This document shows positions 45,626 to 60,280 of a stretch of DNA of 64,000 nucleotides, piece by piece. The notes beneath the pieces are model-generated. The model was given only the letters and a program-made list of their open reading frames with translations, had not been told where the DNA came from and searched no databases. The stretch is taken from the NCBI RefSeq assembly GCF_009914755.1, contig NC_060929.1; one strand, given 5' to 3'. The stretch's first letter is position 1. Every line of letters begins with the position of its first letter. The position numbers were made by a program, and so were the translations under genes. The DNA comes from the human T2T-CHM13v2.0 reference genome, Homo sapiens.

Positions 45626-45799
45626 CAGTGGTTCTCAAAATGTGGTCCTCAGATCAGCAACATCAGCATCCCCTGACAAGCAAATTCTCAGCTCCGCCTC
45701 AGGCCTACTGCATCAGAGGCTCTGGGGTTGCGGCCCACTACTCTGTGTTTTGACAATCCTTCCAGGTGATTCTAACACACTAAAATGTGGGAACCACTG
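45626..45799 (+). mobile_element. MER5A, near complete
   Basis: TIRs cagtggttctcaaa / tgggaaccactg. Confidence 0.85.
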
Positions 45800-45823
45800 G
45801 TAGACCACAGGTGTTAAGGGCAG

Positions 45824-46258
45824 TGGATTTGTTTCTTAGGGCTGCCATATGAGTTGCCACAAACTGGATGGCTTAAAACAACAGCAATTTGTTCTCTCAC
45901 AGTTCAGGAGGCCAGAAATCCCAAATAAAGCTGTTGTCAGGGTTGGTTCCTCTCGAGGCTCAGAGGAAGAGACTGGTCCCATGCTTCTCTTCTAGCTTCT
46001 GCATCTCCAAGCCATCCTTGGCATTCCTTGCCTTACAGCTGTATCACCCCGATCTCTGTCTTCATCTTCACATGGCTTCTTCTCTCTGTGACTCTCTGTG
46101 TGTCTTTTCCTCTTCTTCTTTGGATTTTGGGCCCACCCTAATCCAGTATGACTTTGTCTTAATGAACTACATCTGCAAAGACCCTGTTTTCCAATAAGGT
46201 CACATTCTGTGGTTCCAGGTAGACATGAATTTTGAGGAACACTATTCGACCCACTACA
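45824..46258 (-). mobile_element. MLT1B/C MaLR solo LTR
   Basis: 'ggcttaaaacaacag...ctcacagttcaggaggccagaa...acatctgcaaagaccctg...cccactaca'; perfect 5-bp TSD ggcag. Confidence 0.88.
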
Positions 46259-46354
46259 GGCAGTTAAGATGAAGAGGGGTTGGGTAGAACCCAAGCGAAG
46301 AGCTTTAGGGATGTCTTTGAGGAACTGATCTGAGTGGATGAAAAAAGTGGATGT

Positions 46355-46647
46355 GGCTGGGCGTGATGGCTCACCTGTAATCCTAGCACTTTGGGAGGCC
46401 GACGCAGGTGGATCATGAGGTCAAAAGTTCAAGATCAGCCTGACCAACATGGTGAAACCCCATCTCTACTAAAAATAGAAAAATTAGCTAGACGTGGTGG
46501 CACATGCCTGTAATCCCAGCTACACAGGAGGATGTGGCAGGAGAACTGCTTGAACCCAGGAGGCAGAGGTTTCAGTGAGCCAAGATCACACCACTGCCCT
46601 CCAGCCTGGGTGACAGAGTGAGACTCCATTTAAAAAAAAAAACAACA
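46355..46647 (+). mobile_element. AluS (Sg-like)
   Basis: Full dimer with 'ggatcatgaggtc' 2-nt deletion; TSD approx. aaagtg(g/a)atgt. Confidence 0.9.
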
Positions 46648-47269
46648 AAGTGAATGTTTTGGGGCTGGTGGGGTTGTCGTAGGAATGAAGGCTAGTGAAC
46701 ATGTACAGACTAGTTTGACTTGGTGGGGAATATGATGTTGGGGCACGGACAGGGTTGGAATGAAAACACGTTTGTTGATGTAGTGGTAATACATTAATGT
46801 AAACAAAAATAAGTAACATATCACCTTGATTTTCACATATCGCTAAATCACATTTATATTATAAAACTCTTTGCCAAGTGATGTAGTTTGTAGTAAAAAT
46901 CAATTAAGATATTATTCTAATAACTTACATACAATTTTTCAATTTGGCAAATTATTAGGATTCTTCATTTGATCTATCACTAGCTAAACAATGCCCCTAT
47001 TTGAGTCATAATTTGACGTGAGGAACTGCATCAAACCCTTGCAATGACTCTCCCAGTAATGCTCATGGGGTTAAATAATCTCAGCATCTGCTGATCTCAC
47101 ACCAATTACACTCAAGATTTCCCAGCTCTTATATTAATAGTACTTTCTGAGGCTTTAAAATATTCACTATCTCTATTATGAAATGTGTCACAAAAACAGT
47201 TTTTTGGAACGTCATCTTTGATTAGGTCTTAATTCTTCAGGCTAGAAGAGAGGAAACACAGCCCTATTT

Positions 47270-47470
47270 CTGGAATGCCTGGTTCAAATTTTGGTTCTGT
47301 ATCTTAAATTTAAATAATTTTTCTGTGCCTCAGTTTTATTTTTCTGTAAAATGGGGATAATTATATTGATGTTTATAGTACTCAACTAAGTGAATATGCC
47401 TTTAGCATGGTTCATGCTGTATATGTGATAATTCTCATTTTTATGAATAAAATTAATGTTGTTATTGCCT
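47270..47470 (+). mobile_element. MIR
   Basis: 'tctgtgcctcagtttt...ctgtaaaatggggataat'. Confidence 0.65.
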
Positions 47471-49049
47471 ATGATGGGTAAGAATCCAGAAGGTTTTTAA
47501 CAACGCATTCCATTAAATGAAAGGTGAAATTCCTAGGGGCCCATGCCTAGGATGCCACCTGACCTAAACCACTGCCATGGGTTCTGTTATTTGTAGCCTC
47601 ACTCCTGTTGCTGGAGGGCCTACTAGAATCCACTGTACTGACAAAACCCATAGTTCTTGGCCAGTATGTAGGATGGGGCCTCTTACTGCCAGCCTTCCTG
47701 CTTTTCCATTTTCCTTGTTGAACCCAGAATGTCTCATAGCTGAAGTCCCCAGAGGCTGCAGTTGCCACCAGTAGCTACATGAGATCAACCCCAGAAGAGC
47801 AGGCTGGTAGTGAAAGATCACAGCCTCAGGGGTCTACGTGGGTATCATGTATTTGTCCACCAGAATGTCAGTAACAGGTGCCAGTGTCAGGAATGCCCTT
47901 TCCTCTGTTGGGGTTCTCAACTACTCTGGCAAAGACCACACAAGCAGCAGGAGTTTTGGGGGGCTGATTGGCAGAAACACTGATGACCAAGGACTTATGC
48001 TGGCATAGGCCTGGAACAGGTCCTAGAGGTCTCCTGGTTGTGCCAAGCATTTACCCTGTTAGTTGCTGGATGGTGGAAAGATGGGTGAGGTAGTGAGGTC
48101 ATGGGGGAGGGGCTAGTACAAAAGTACTGCAATATTTTAATAAATGGAGGAGCTATTCCTGTGAGTCCTGGCTGAATCTTAGACCTGGGCGAGGAGAAGA
48201 TGCATCTACGCCAATAAGGCGAAGCTAGTCTCTAAAGGCCTTGAGTTCTGGCCTGTGGGGTTGGACTTCCTCCAGTAGGCACCGGGAAGTCAGTGTTGGC
48301 AGCCCACCTTGCTCTTTGATTCAAGCAAAACAGAGTTCTAAGCCAGGATTTAACTGAAATAAAAAGATGTAGCTATTTTTCCAAGGAAGGATTTCGCTTT
48401 AAAACATTCTTGTTTGTTTGGCTTTTCCTCTGTTTATCTGTTGGCACCGCTCTTTTGGAGGTTAATGTGAGTTCTAGAGAGAGGAGAATGGATTACAATA
48501 TTTAAGCCTTTGCAGATGCGAGCCTTTTTTTGATAATGATTTGGGATTTAATAAGTCATTAAAAATTCTCCAACAAATGCTTTGCAGGTGGATTTAAAAT
48601 TTTTTTTTAAGAGGAAGGCTAGGGAAAAAGAAATTGAGAATGACCCTTAATCTTAGATAAATATCTTACCCAGTTTTGGAGAGACACATCTGTCAGTCTT
48701 ATTGCTACTAATTGTCCCCTGTATTGAAAATGCTGGCTGCTAATTTGGATATTGGGTATCAACATAAACACAGAAAAGATGCTTGACTGACATCATCTCT
48801 CCTTCCTCAGTTGCTGGTCTCTGGCTATGCCTCTTTCACTGCAGCAGCCACGAAGTCTGACGTGGGTAGAATTTCATGAACGGTTTATTTCCCAGAAGTC
48901 CAGGGCAAGCTTGAAGTCTCTATTGGAATTATTTTTACCCCCGTACTCTCCATCACATAGCAATAAAATGTTGGAGCGTCAAGGTTGTGTGTGTATTACA
49001 GCAGTTAAGAGTGTGTATTTCTGAATTAGCCTGGGTTTGAATCCTGACT

Positions 49050-50031
<982 letters not shown>

Positions 50032-50322
50032 GTCTTGGTGCTACTAATGTATAAAACATTCTATATGGTGTTGGGAACTTGGGTAAGTCATTTAACCACT
50101 CAACATGTCAGTTCCCCGTCTGTAAAACTGGGATTAAAAATACCAGTCCTTTAGGGGTACTATGAGGATAAAATAAGTTAGTATATTCATCTCTAGCCTA
50201 GCGAAAGTTTGATTTTGGGAGCTGGGGGCTGGAGGGTTTAAAACAGTTTGTACCCATTTTAAAGTTTATAAGCCATTGTGTTTGTGTGTGTGTATGTGTG
50301 TGTGCCTGTGCATATGCAACAG

Positions 50323-51090
50323 TGTGTCAATCAGGGACCAATCAGGAGGCAGCAGTCATATGGTAACTTGAGTGAGGAGACTTTAATATAAAGAATTAAC
50401 TATTACAGCGGTTAAAGTCATGAGGGATTGACTAGTAAGAAGAAAAGAGAGCTCTAAAGAAGATAGGAATATCAGATATAAGGTGCAGCCAGCCACTACC
50501 CATAAAACTGAGACAGAGCATCACAGGAAGAGACCCTCTAGGCTGAGACCTAGTGATTGTTGGAGAGGACAGTGCTGTGACTTACTGAATGGCAGAGATG
50601 TTGGGGTGCTGCACTGGTGTAACTTGCTAGAATCTGCCCTTTGGAGCTTGTAGGCAATGCGTCCTAAGGTGCTAAGGAAAACTGTCACAGAGAAGTGTCT
50701 CCCTACTCTGCTATAGTAGAGGACTCTACTATAAACTTCCCAAGTGCTACTAACTACTATGCACTTCATAAGCTTGGTGCTCAGGAAGCTGCCTGCACTG
50801 CGGGAGCTGGATGCTGAGAGAAGCCGTGCATGCTGCAGAAGCCAGACATTGAAGAAGCTGCTTGCACAGCAGGAACTGGGCATGGGAAGCCACCTGTGCT
50901 GCAGAAGCCTGCCCTCAATGGAGAAAAACCCTTCCAGCTCAAATGTCTCTTCAGCACCCTCCATGGACAACATGTAGCATTACGCCAGCTGGTGAAATGA
51001 GTTATTTAAAGGACTAAAACTCATTTGTACAGAGCAGGCAATGCTGGGTGATTTTGGATTGGAAAGGCAATACATTGATAGCTGGTAGAG
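50323..51090 (-). mobile_element. Ancient LTR (LTR78-like)
   Basis: 'tgtgtcaatcagggaccaatcaggagg...tttaatataaagaattaact'; accounts for the spurious ORFs at 50521-50977. Confidence 0.5.
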
Positions 51091-51382
51091 ATGGTGAAGA
51101 AACAAATTCTTAATTCTGAGTATTTCTCACCATGTTCAGTTTTCTGCTCCCCTGGTGTGAGACCGCTAAATAATCCACAATAATAGCTAATACTCGGCAT
51201 CACCTATGAAATACTTCCATTTCCCCCTGATGTTTAGGCTTACAGTTTTAAGTGATGTCTTCCCTTTGTAAGGTGATTTGCACTGAAGACTATTTGTGTA
51301 ATCTGTCATGAGAATGAGCTCCAATAGTAATAGAATGTGGTTGTTGCCATAATTAACAAATTGACTACTCCAGGGAAAGAGA

Positions 51383-51384
<2 letters not shown>

Positions 51385-51423
<39 letters not shown>
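51385..51423. repeat. (CA)n microsatellite
   Basis: Read directly; about 19 units. Confidence 0.95.
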
Positions 51424-51426
<3 letters not shown>

Positions 51427-51532
51427 TTGCTGTTTTATTTAATCAGAGAGGACATTCTTTTAGAATGGACCTTGTTGGAGGAACAAATAGGGAACTTTTA
51501 GCCCAAATGTATTCCTGCAATCTCACAGTAGC

Positions 51533-51658
51533 TTTTTTCTTTGTATTACATAGAGGTAGGGTCTTGCCATGTTGGTCTACAATCTCCTGGCCCTAACTAT
51601 CCTCCTGCCTTGGCCTCCCAAATGCAAGGATTACAGGTGTGAGCCACCACACCTGGCC
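51533..51658 (-). mobile_element. FLAM / Alu left monomer
   Basis: 'tcctcctgccttggcctcccaaa...gattacaggtgtgagccaccacacctggcc'. Confidence 0.8.
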
Positions 51659-52499
51659 TAATGGTAGCCTTTTAACCTAATATATCCCTTCTTTGTTTTG
51701 CTTAGTTCTGAATGAATTAAAGGCATTAGATAAGAATTAGATGCAAATTACATTTATTCTTTGTACAATGTGGAGCCAGTGAGGATTTTGAACAGAACTG
51801 TGATGTGATTGAAGAAGTTCTGTAGGAACATCTGCATGATATCCGGCTCATAGGAAATGCTTAATAAATGCTGGCTACTTGGACTGTTGCTGGTGTGGAT
51901 CTCCTCTGTGTCATCTGAGTGATGAGCGGTCACCCTCTGAGAGAGATCACAAAGGGCCCAGGCAGAAATAACCAGATGCAAAACCAGCCTATTTTTTTGT
52001 GGCATCAACTAAATAGGACTAGATAGAAGAAAGGAGGGTGGTTTGGATTCCTCAGCCTAGGCTCTTCCTTAAGCATCTAGAGCTCATTTAAGAGTCTAAT
52101 TAGACCAGAAAGGCCTTGTCTATTGACCCAGGAGTAAAGGTAGGAAGAAAGGGCATGATTAATTTAATGCCTGGAAATCAGGGGGAGAGATAGAAAAATG
52201 CCAAACAGGTCAGTGAGCAGATGTAAGCATCTTTTCCTCTCCTCTCTCCAGTAATTTTTACTAGGCTTCCAAATGAAGTTGTTAAAAGTGGGGATATCAA
52301 TTTGCATTTATTTCCCACAAGTGATTATTGAGTGCTTTCTGTGTGTGAGGAGGCTGTGTAAGGTGCACAGGTGGAGGTCCTGTGGCCCCTCAGTCATAGC
52401 TGGGGTTCTTGAAGGAGCACCAGGAGACATGTAGACTAACTTGTGTCAAGCTGCATATATGCATCATAACAGCACAACTGGAATCTGATTCCACCATTC

Positions 52500-53740
52500 C
52501 ATGGAAAACACTTTCTCCGCAGTCATCTGTCACCTCTTTGTGCCTAAATCCAAAGGATCAATGCCTGCGCTTGTTTTGCTTGACTTTTAGCAGTCTCTCC
52601 TTGAAATTATCTTTCCTTGGCCTGGATGGCGTCACCTTCTCTGGGTATTCCTTCTGGAACTCAGGCTTCCTCTTTTCTGTCTTCTTTCTGAAACTTTCCC
52701 CCTGTGTATCCTTTAAATATCTGCATTCATCATGGCCCTCGTTTATCCTCATGCTATACACTTTTTCCAGGTTGATTCACTCTATTTGTAGTGCCTTAAT
52801 TACCATTTACCTATAGCTGATGATTCCCAAATTGAAAACTTAAGCCCAGGTTATTCTTTTCAACTCTATCCCCATCTATCTAAGTGTGGGCTAATTGGAC
52901 ATCATGCCTTGAAAATTCCAAAGACGTTTTATTAACTCCTTCCAAACTGTTCTTACCCATTTCCCTCATCTCAGTAAATGGTACTCCCATCCAAAGAGTT
53001 GCCCAAGCCAGAAACCTGAGCATCACCCTTTACTCCTACCCCTACCTTCACCTAATCAATGGCTGATCATGGTGGTTCTACCTCCTTAATAGCTCTCAAA
53101 ACAGCCCACTCCTATCATCACAAAACTCTGTTAGCAGAGGACACCTTCACCTTTTGTCTACATTACTCCAGTAGTTTGATCTTTTAATCCACACTCTTTG
53201 CAGAAAGGTTTTACCACACCCAAGAAGGGGCAGGTACTCCTTGATAATTCCTCAGCTGCTCCCTTGTGTTCTCAGGATCAAGTCCTAGCTCTTTCACATG
53301 GTCCACAAGCCTCTTTATGAGCTGATTTCTGTTTCCCCTTTCAGCCTTCTCTCATATCACTTCAGCATCTTTTTGAATTATCTGCTCCAGCTACACTGAA
53401 CCACTGAATGCACCATTTCTTGAGTGGACCATTCTTTATCTGCCTAAACTTGTCTTTCATTTCTCCACTTCTTCATTTGGGTAACTCCCATTTCTCCTGA
53501 AGGACTCATCTTAGATGTATGTATGTCATTTCCTCCAGGAAATCTTGGCCCTCACCCATACCCGAACCCAACTAGACTCGATGAGATCACATATGTGGAT
53601 CCCATAACATCCTGTATTTGCCCTTGTATTACCCTATTTACTGTCCACCCCACCCCAACACTACATCTTTATTACTTCTATGATCCTAGTACATAACATG
53701 GTGTCTGTTATGTGGACATCTCTTGGTAATTATCTGCTCA
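52500..53740 (+). mobile_element. Long L2 fragment (ORF2 end and 3'UTR)
   Basis: 'ttccctcatctcagtaaatgg...gttgcccaagccagaaacctg...tcctccaggaaatctt'. Confidence 0.7.
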
Positions 53741-53749
53741 TGTATAAAA

Positions 53750-54300
53750 CCACAATGCTGCAAAGAGCTCCAGGAGCACAGAGGAGACAGGGAGTGCTTC
53801 ATGTAGTCAGTGGCATATAATCTGGATCTTAGGGTATGGGGAGGGAGGACTGGAATAGTTGGCAGTGAGGAGAGACCACTCTGGGTGGCAGAAATGGCTT
53901 GAGCAAAGGTTCAGATGCAAGGAAGTGCAAGGTGTGACTGAAGCAAGCTCTCTATAGGGGAACAATGGGATGCAGTTCTGAAAAGGCAGATTGTGGTTAA
54001 GGCTTTGAGAGCTGAACTACTAACAAGTTCTTTCTTTAGGTAATCAGGAGCCAAAGAAATTAAGTATGTGTGTGAAATGATCAAAGAGATGCTGTAATAG
54101 TATTAACGTGGCAGGCAGCATTCAGGATGGATTGGATGTGGGGAGGGGCTGGAGAGCGAGCATAGTTGAGAGGCTACAGTGCTGACTGTCTTAGGGAGGT
54201 GAGTAGGAGGTAGGTAGGATGATGGCAAAGGGAAGAGTGAAGTAGGGGCAGCTGTGAGATAAGGAAGCTCGTATTGGATGGTCTTGGAAGAAGGTCTTGC
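53750..54300 (-). mobile_element. L2 fragment
   Basis: 'ggcttgagcaaagg...ggtaatcaggagcca...gttgagaggctacagt'. Confidence 0.5.
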
Positions 54301-56752
54301 ATTCAGAGTAAAAGCATAAGATCGTGGTGAAGGCTTGAAAAAAATGTGAGTGGATTAGAGGAATTGCAAATAGAAGCGCAATTTGGATTCAAGGTAAAGA
54401 CATCCCTCCTTGTGGTCTGATGGTGAATAAGGAGATCCTTGCATTGCCGAAAGCAGTGAGGACCCAGCCGAGCTGGGCCAGCATGGACTGGTGGTAGATC
54501 CCGTCAGGCATGTTTTTTCTCTCTCCTACAGTGTTTTTCTCTGACCCAGAGCAGGGAAAGCAGTAGGGGTTCAAAGGAAAGGGAGCAGTCCATTCTTCAT
54601 GAGTTTCATATGCTTGTGCAAACTGTAAGAAATAATACCTTTCAGATTGCTCAGGAAAGATATTTTTATACTTACATAACTATGAAAATTGGGACGTTTC
54701 ATCATTTCCTCTTGTGACCAACAAGGCACCTGTGGGGTAATCAAGATAATGGCTTTGTGATGATAAATAGCAGAGCTAGTGTTGGAATGGAGAGCAGGAT
54801 GGGGTTTAAGTTCCAACAATTGGACCAGATCTCTTTGTTCCTATAATTGCATTATTTGACGGTGTGCTGTCTAGCCCACATTTTCCAGACGAGTTCTGGG
54901 TTCTATTTTTGGAGTTGGCTTTGTAGCAGATGGTGTCATCCAATGTAACCAGCAGGCAGGGCAGGACAGTTTTCTGTCCCAAGGATGCCGCCAGCTCCAA
55001 AGCAGGTGATAACTCTGGAGAGAGAGGGAGAGAAAGTGGGCGTGGCCATCTTCCTTGAGGGGCTCGTGGAGTGTGTGTCTCTTCCAGCTGCACCTGCACC
55101 AGAACCACTAGGTAGGCTACACCTGAGAGCTCAGCATGGCAGAATTCTGCCCTTCTTCCCACCCACACTCCTCAGCACACCATTGGTTTTGTGTACCATA
55201 TCCTGCTTGGGGTGAGAATGAAGACAGCTGACTGTCAAGGTTCTACTTCCCTCCCTACCTGGAGAGCTGAAAACCTCCTTAATAATTCTGTACCTGCCTT
55301 ATGGATCAAATGATTCAAAGGGACAACTGGTTGCCAGGTGCTATCTTCATAGAAGAAGGAGTGAGCAATAGTTTTCTGCCTTTGAGCCCCGGCATCAGCC
55401 TCCTATTTTGACTTGTTACCTTGAATCCTGGTTTTAGGAATTTTGGAATTTACAGCTTCTTGTGATCACAATTGATTGATCATTCTACTTTACTTGGGCT
55501 CTCTTGATAAGTCTGACCTACCTCAGGGCCAGTCTGGTTTGCAGAATCTTTAAGAAACTTAACTATCCTCATTATGTCCACTTGTACCAAAGGACTGGGC
55601 AGTGTTAGAGTTCTAGTTCCTCTCAAAGGAGTAACTATTGACCAACTTTTATATAGTTTATGTCTTTCTCCACATTGCAATGCCTTTCTCGGTCCTGAAG
55701 CACCTTAGTCCCCTTCCTTCTCCCTGCTAATACATTCTATCACAAGCAGAAGGGCAATTATCAGGAGGTACAGGGAATGCATTCCACACATGTAACCCTT
55801 TTCCCTAATCAGGGACATTTGTCTTCAGGGATCTTATCTGGTAGTCTCTCTTTTCCTTGACATCTTACATGGTACAAACCATCTGTTAGTGTTAGAAAGG
55901 CTTTGGGGTGATGAAACCAATAATTCAAGTGTCATCAGGACAAACAAATCTTTCTCTTTTTCTCTATTTTTTTTTTATCCATCTCTGCTTCTCTGCCTCA
56001 TTTTGGTTTTTATATGAAAAAATCATATGATTTTTCTTCATGTGGTAAGGGGAAATAATCCAAGGTAGTGTAATGGTAAATAATCCAAGGGTAGTTACCT
56101 TAGAGGAAAGAGAAAGCCCTGTTTCTCCCACTCTTCCCTTTGTCTATAAACATACCAGGGAGGGACTCTCATTGTCCTGCTTGAGTGATATGACTGTGCC
56201 TTGGGCCAGTCAAGGACCTAACCCCATTGGCCAAGGAGACGGGTATTTCATAAGAAGGGGGGAGGAGCAAGGGGAGTCATAATGGGAAGACAAGCAACAG
56301 CTTTTACTTGGTGGAAAGAATAGCAATAGAAATGAGCATCCACCTCTATTACTATAGATTCATTTTTCTCCGAAGGAATAGATAAAAGACAAAGGAATCA
56401 CCTAATTAAATTACTGGGGAAAGACAACAGTTTCAAATTTGAAAATGCTGTGTAAGCCTACCTTTTTCTCCTAGTCATTTGCTCTGCCTTTTACACAAAA
56501 TTGACAAACTTCTCCTTACGGGAAGACAGAGAAAGGATTTTTTTCCCCATTACATTTGATCGAGTATCATAGTCTTCTTTCTGAAGGGAATACAGCAATA
56601 GACATGTACTGTCTTCAGGCAAAGGAATCACCTTAGATGTCTAAATGGGACATTGCAGGGTTATAATCTTGCTTCCAGGAATAGCAAGTTGGGATTCTCT
56701 GTTTTGAAACTGCTTCCTGGTTTACTTTTGTTGTTATTGTTGTTTAGAATAG

Positions 56753-57099
<347 letters not shown>

Positions 57100-57107
57100 C
57101 AAGATGT

Positions 57108-57799
57108 CTTTTTTTAAAAAAAATTTTCATTGTAAGTTATGGGGTACAAGTGCATGTTTATTATATAGGTAAAATTGTGTCATTGGGGTTTGTTATACAG
57201 ATTATGTCATCACCCAGGTATTAAGCCTAGTACCCATTAGTTACTTTTCCTGATCCTCTCTCCCATCCCACCCTCCACCCTCTGAAAGCTCCCTGTGTGT
57301 GTTGTTCCCTTCTATGTGTCCATGTGTTTTTATCATTTAGCTCCCCCTTATAAGTGAGAACATGTGGTGTTTGGTTTTCTGTTCCTGCATAAGTTTGCTA
57401 AGTATAATGGCCTCCAATTCCATCCATGTCCCTGCAAACCACAATGAGATACCATCTAACACCAGTTAGAATGGCTATCATTAAAAAGTCAAAAAATAAC
57501 AGCTGCTGGAGAAAAAGGAATGCTTTTTACACTGTTGGTGGGAGTGTAAATTGGCTCAGCGATTGTGGAAGACAGTGTGGCGATTCCTCAAAGACCTAAG
57601 GACAGAAATACCACTCAACCCAGCAATCCTATTACCGGGTATATGCCCAAAGGAAAATAAATCATTCATTATAAAGGCACATGCACATGTATGTATATTG
57701 CAGCACTATTCACAATAGCAAAGACATGGAATCAACCTAAATGCCCATCAATGGTAGACTGGGTAAAGAAAATGTGGCACATATACACCATGGAATACT
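57108..57799 (-). mobile_element. Short older L1PA (about PA13-15) with 5' inversion
   Basis: 3'UTR on minus at 57108-57438; upstream ORF2-end segment on plus at 57435-57799. Confidence 0.88.
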
Positions 57800-58319
57800 G
57801 GTCTACTTTTGTTGAAAGAAAGCCCATGCTGACTTCTCTCTTCTGGTTACTTCACTTGTAGGTGATGAAGTGATACAGGCAGACGATAGATGAGTAATAT
57901 GGCAATACCCAAGCCAGCAGAGGCCAACGCCATGTGTATAAAGCAGTAGAAGGCTGCGGGATTTGAAGTCTCTGCCTAGGTTCCATTCACAACCCAGGAC
58001 TCACGTGTTACTTTTGAATCATACCTTACTGTCCTCCTGCACCTATAGGAGATAAAGAGGCTTAACCATTCTGATGTTTACAATGTAGTTTAAACTGTCT
58101 GGATGAGTATCATAATCAATAAGACTTATTACAATTAGCATAAAATGGAAATGATTTAATTAGAGTGGGTTGTATGTTACTTTGAACAAACTTTTACTGA
58201 GACAAAGATTATAGAGCTGAAGATTGATGACAATGGTGGTGATTTTGATGGCTGGTATAGAAATTACCACCACTTTTACTCTCCACCATCTTTTCAGGGT
58301 GAGAAGTTTCTTGACATGC

Positions 58320-58960
58320 ATGACCCCTGGGGCATCCATAAGAACGGCTTTTCAGATTTCCATCTGCAGGGAACATACTTGACTAATGGACCTAGCTTCT
58401 GTGCTCTGAAATCCATTAGGGCCTTTTTGCCAGTGACATGCTTTCCACAGGCTTCTCCCAGGCAGTGACTGATCATGGCAGGGATACTATGGAAGCCTTT
58501 TCGTGGGAGACAATGGTCCCACCAATGGCCTTGCTTAACTTTCCTTAGAATTGCACTACAGTCTGAAACTTTCCCAAAACACTTTCCTTCCTTCCTCTCC
58601 TCTGTCCTTCAGCTTGGGGTCAGACCTGCATCATAGTCTGATGGCTCTCCCACCGTATCCCGGTGGGTCCCTTTCCATTTTACCTTATGGGTAATTCCCT
58701 TTATAAATTCTTTTCTTACAAATTATGGTAACATATGTAAAACATAACATTTGCCATTTGAACCATTTTTAAGTGCACAATTCAGTGGTTTAGTTATACT
58801 AACAATGTCATACAACCATCACCAGTATCTATTGCCAAATTCTTTTCATCACCCCAAACAGAAACTCTTTACTCATTAAGCAACACTCCCCATCCTAATA
58901 AATTTCTTGTACTTTGATTCTGACTTGGCATCTACTTCTCAGAGGGCCTGACTAATGCAA
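58320..58960 (+). mobile_element. LTR16-like ERVL LTR split by an L1MB fragment
   Basis: 'ggggtcagacctgcatcatagtctgatggctctccc...aataaatttcttgtac...ttggcatctacttctcagagg...ctaatgca'. Confidence 0.65.
58702..58895 (-). mobile_element. L1MB-type 3' end
   Basis: 'aacataacatttgccatttgaaccattttaagtg...ttttcatcaccccaaacagaaactc'; approximate TSD cct(t/a)ataaatt. Confidence 0.75.
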
Positions 58961-59224
58961 TCCCATTTAATCTTCATAACAATTGTTCAAGGCAGATATT
59001 ACCCCTATATTCTGTAAGAGGAAACCGAGGCTCTGAGATGTACATAATTTACAAGAGGCGTGGGAGACAGAAGGGCAGGATAAAGTTAGAGAGAACTTGC
59101 TGACCCTTCCAATGTCCTTCACTTCAAAGTACTCAGCAGGCCAAAGTGCCACATCATGCTCTGAGTCCCAAGAGCATCTCTTTGTCTGACCTCCACTGGA
59201 ATCATGTACCTGGGGCAACTTAAA

Positions 59225-59359
59225 TGTTTTTTGTCACTCTAAGCATGTCTTTGAATGACTGTGAAAGTGCCACACTGTATTGATTTTGAAGTTACAAATA
59301 TATTTTAGTGAGTAAGCAAATTTCTCTCTATAAAGCCTGTGAATAATAAAGATCAACTG
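59225..59359 (+). mobile_element. Tigger4 (Zombi)-like TcMar 3' end
   Basis: 'gtattgattttgaagttacaaatatattttagtgagtaagcaaatt...gaataataaagatcaactg'. Confidence 0.65.
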
Positions 59360-59779
59360 GACATCATTAAGGGGCAATGGTTGAGTAGAGCCTCCTTCTG
59401 CCTTGGTTGTTCCAAATCTCACAACAGATCAGCCAAGTGAGTCATTCATTCCCTAATCCATCTCCCCAGATACTTATTCGGCAATAAAAAAAATCATTGA
59501 ACAGGTGATTCTGATGGTAGGGCAAGATGTGAATTCACTGATGCTGTCCAGGCTCTCAATTTTATATGTGAGCTGGTAGACAAGATATCCCTTGCCGGAT
59601 GTCACACAGCATGTTATTGGCAGTTCAGGGAAACCTCAGCACTCTTGCATATCAGTCCAGTGGTCTTCCCACAGCTTAATGCTTCCTTTAGCTAAGAGGC
59701 CACCGCACACATACCTGGTTAAGGCTACCAGTAATTGGCTTATACTTATGGTAATTTGGTTCCAATAGTTACTGAGCCC

Positions 59780-59920
59780 CTACTCTGTGACTATGAGCTC
59801 CTAGAGGGCAGGGGCTGTGTCTTGTTCATCATGATATCACATCATATTTCCATCTGCCAGGGCCTAGCACAGTGCCTGGTACATGGAAAATTCTCAACGA
59901 ATGTTGGGTAAGTGAATAGT
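59780..59920 (+). mobile_element. L2 3' end
   Basis: 'gactatgagctcctagagggcagggg...cctagcacagtgcctggtacatgg'. Confidence 0.75.
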
Positions 59921-60034
59921 GTTGCGAAGTCATGAGCAAAATCTAGGTAATTCTAAAGTTTCTCTCACTAAGAATGAATGAAATGCACAACAGTATAAAG
60001 TACCGTGGAAGATCCAGGAGGATTACAGGCTATG

Positions 60035-60280
60035 ATCATTATGATGGTTAAAATCACAGGATCTGGGGGCAGACAGGCCTGGACTCATGCTTGATAATGT
60101 GACCTTGAGCAAGACACTCAAACTTTCTGTGCCTTGGTTTTCCTCATCTGTAACATGGACATAATAGCAGATGCTACCACATGGGTTGGTTGTGAGGAAT
60201 AAATGTGATAGTGCTTGTAAAGGGTTTAGTTTAATGCCTCAAAATCTAGTAAGTGCTCAGTAAATATCAGCTATTGACTT
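60035..60280 (+). mobile_element. MIR
   Basis: 'tgtgaccttgagcaag...tttcctcatctgtaacatgg...gtaagtgctcagtaaat'. Confidence 0.75.

Noticed and set aside
47490-48150. Possible old DNA-transposon remnant
   Set aside because: Could not identify termini or family with any confidence
50521-50977. 150-aa ORF
   Set aside because: Lies within an ancient LTR-like element and shows no protein-family features
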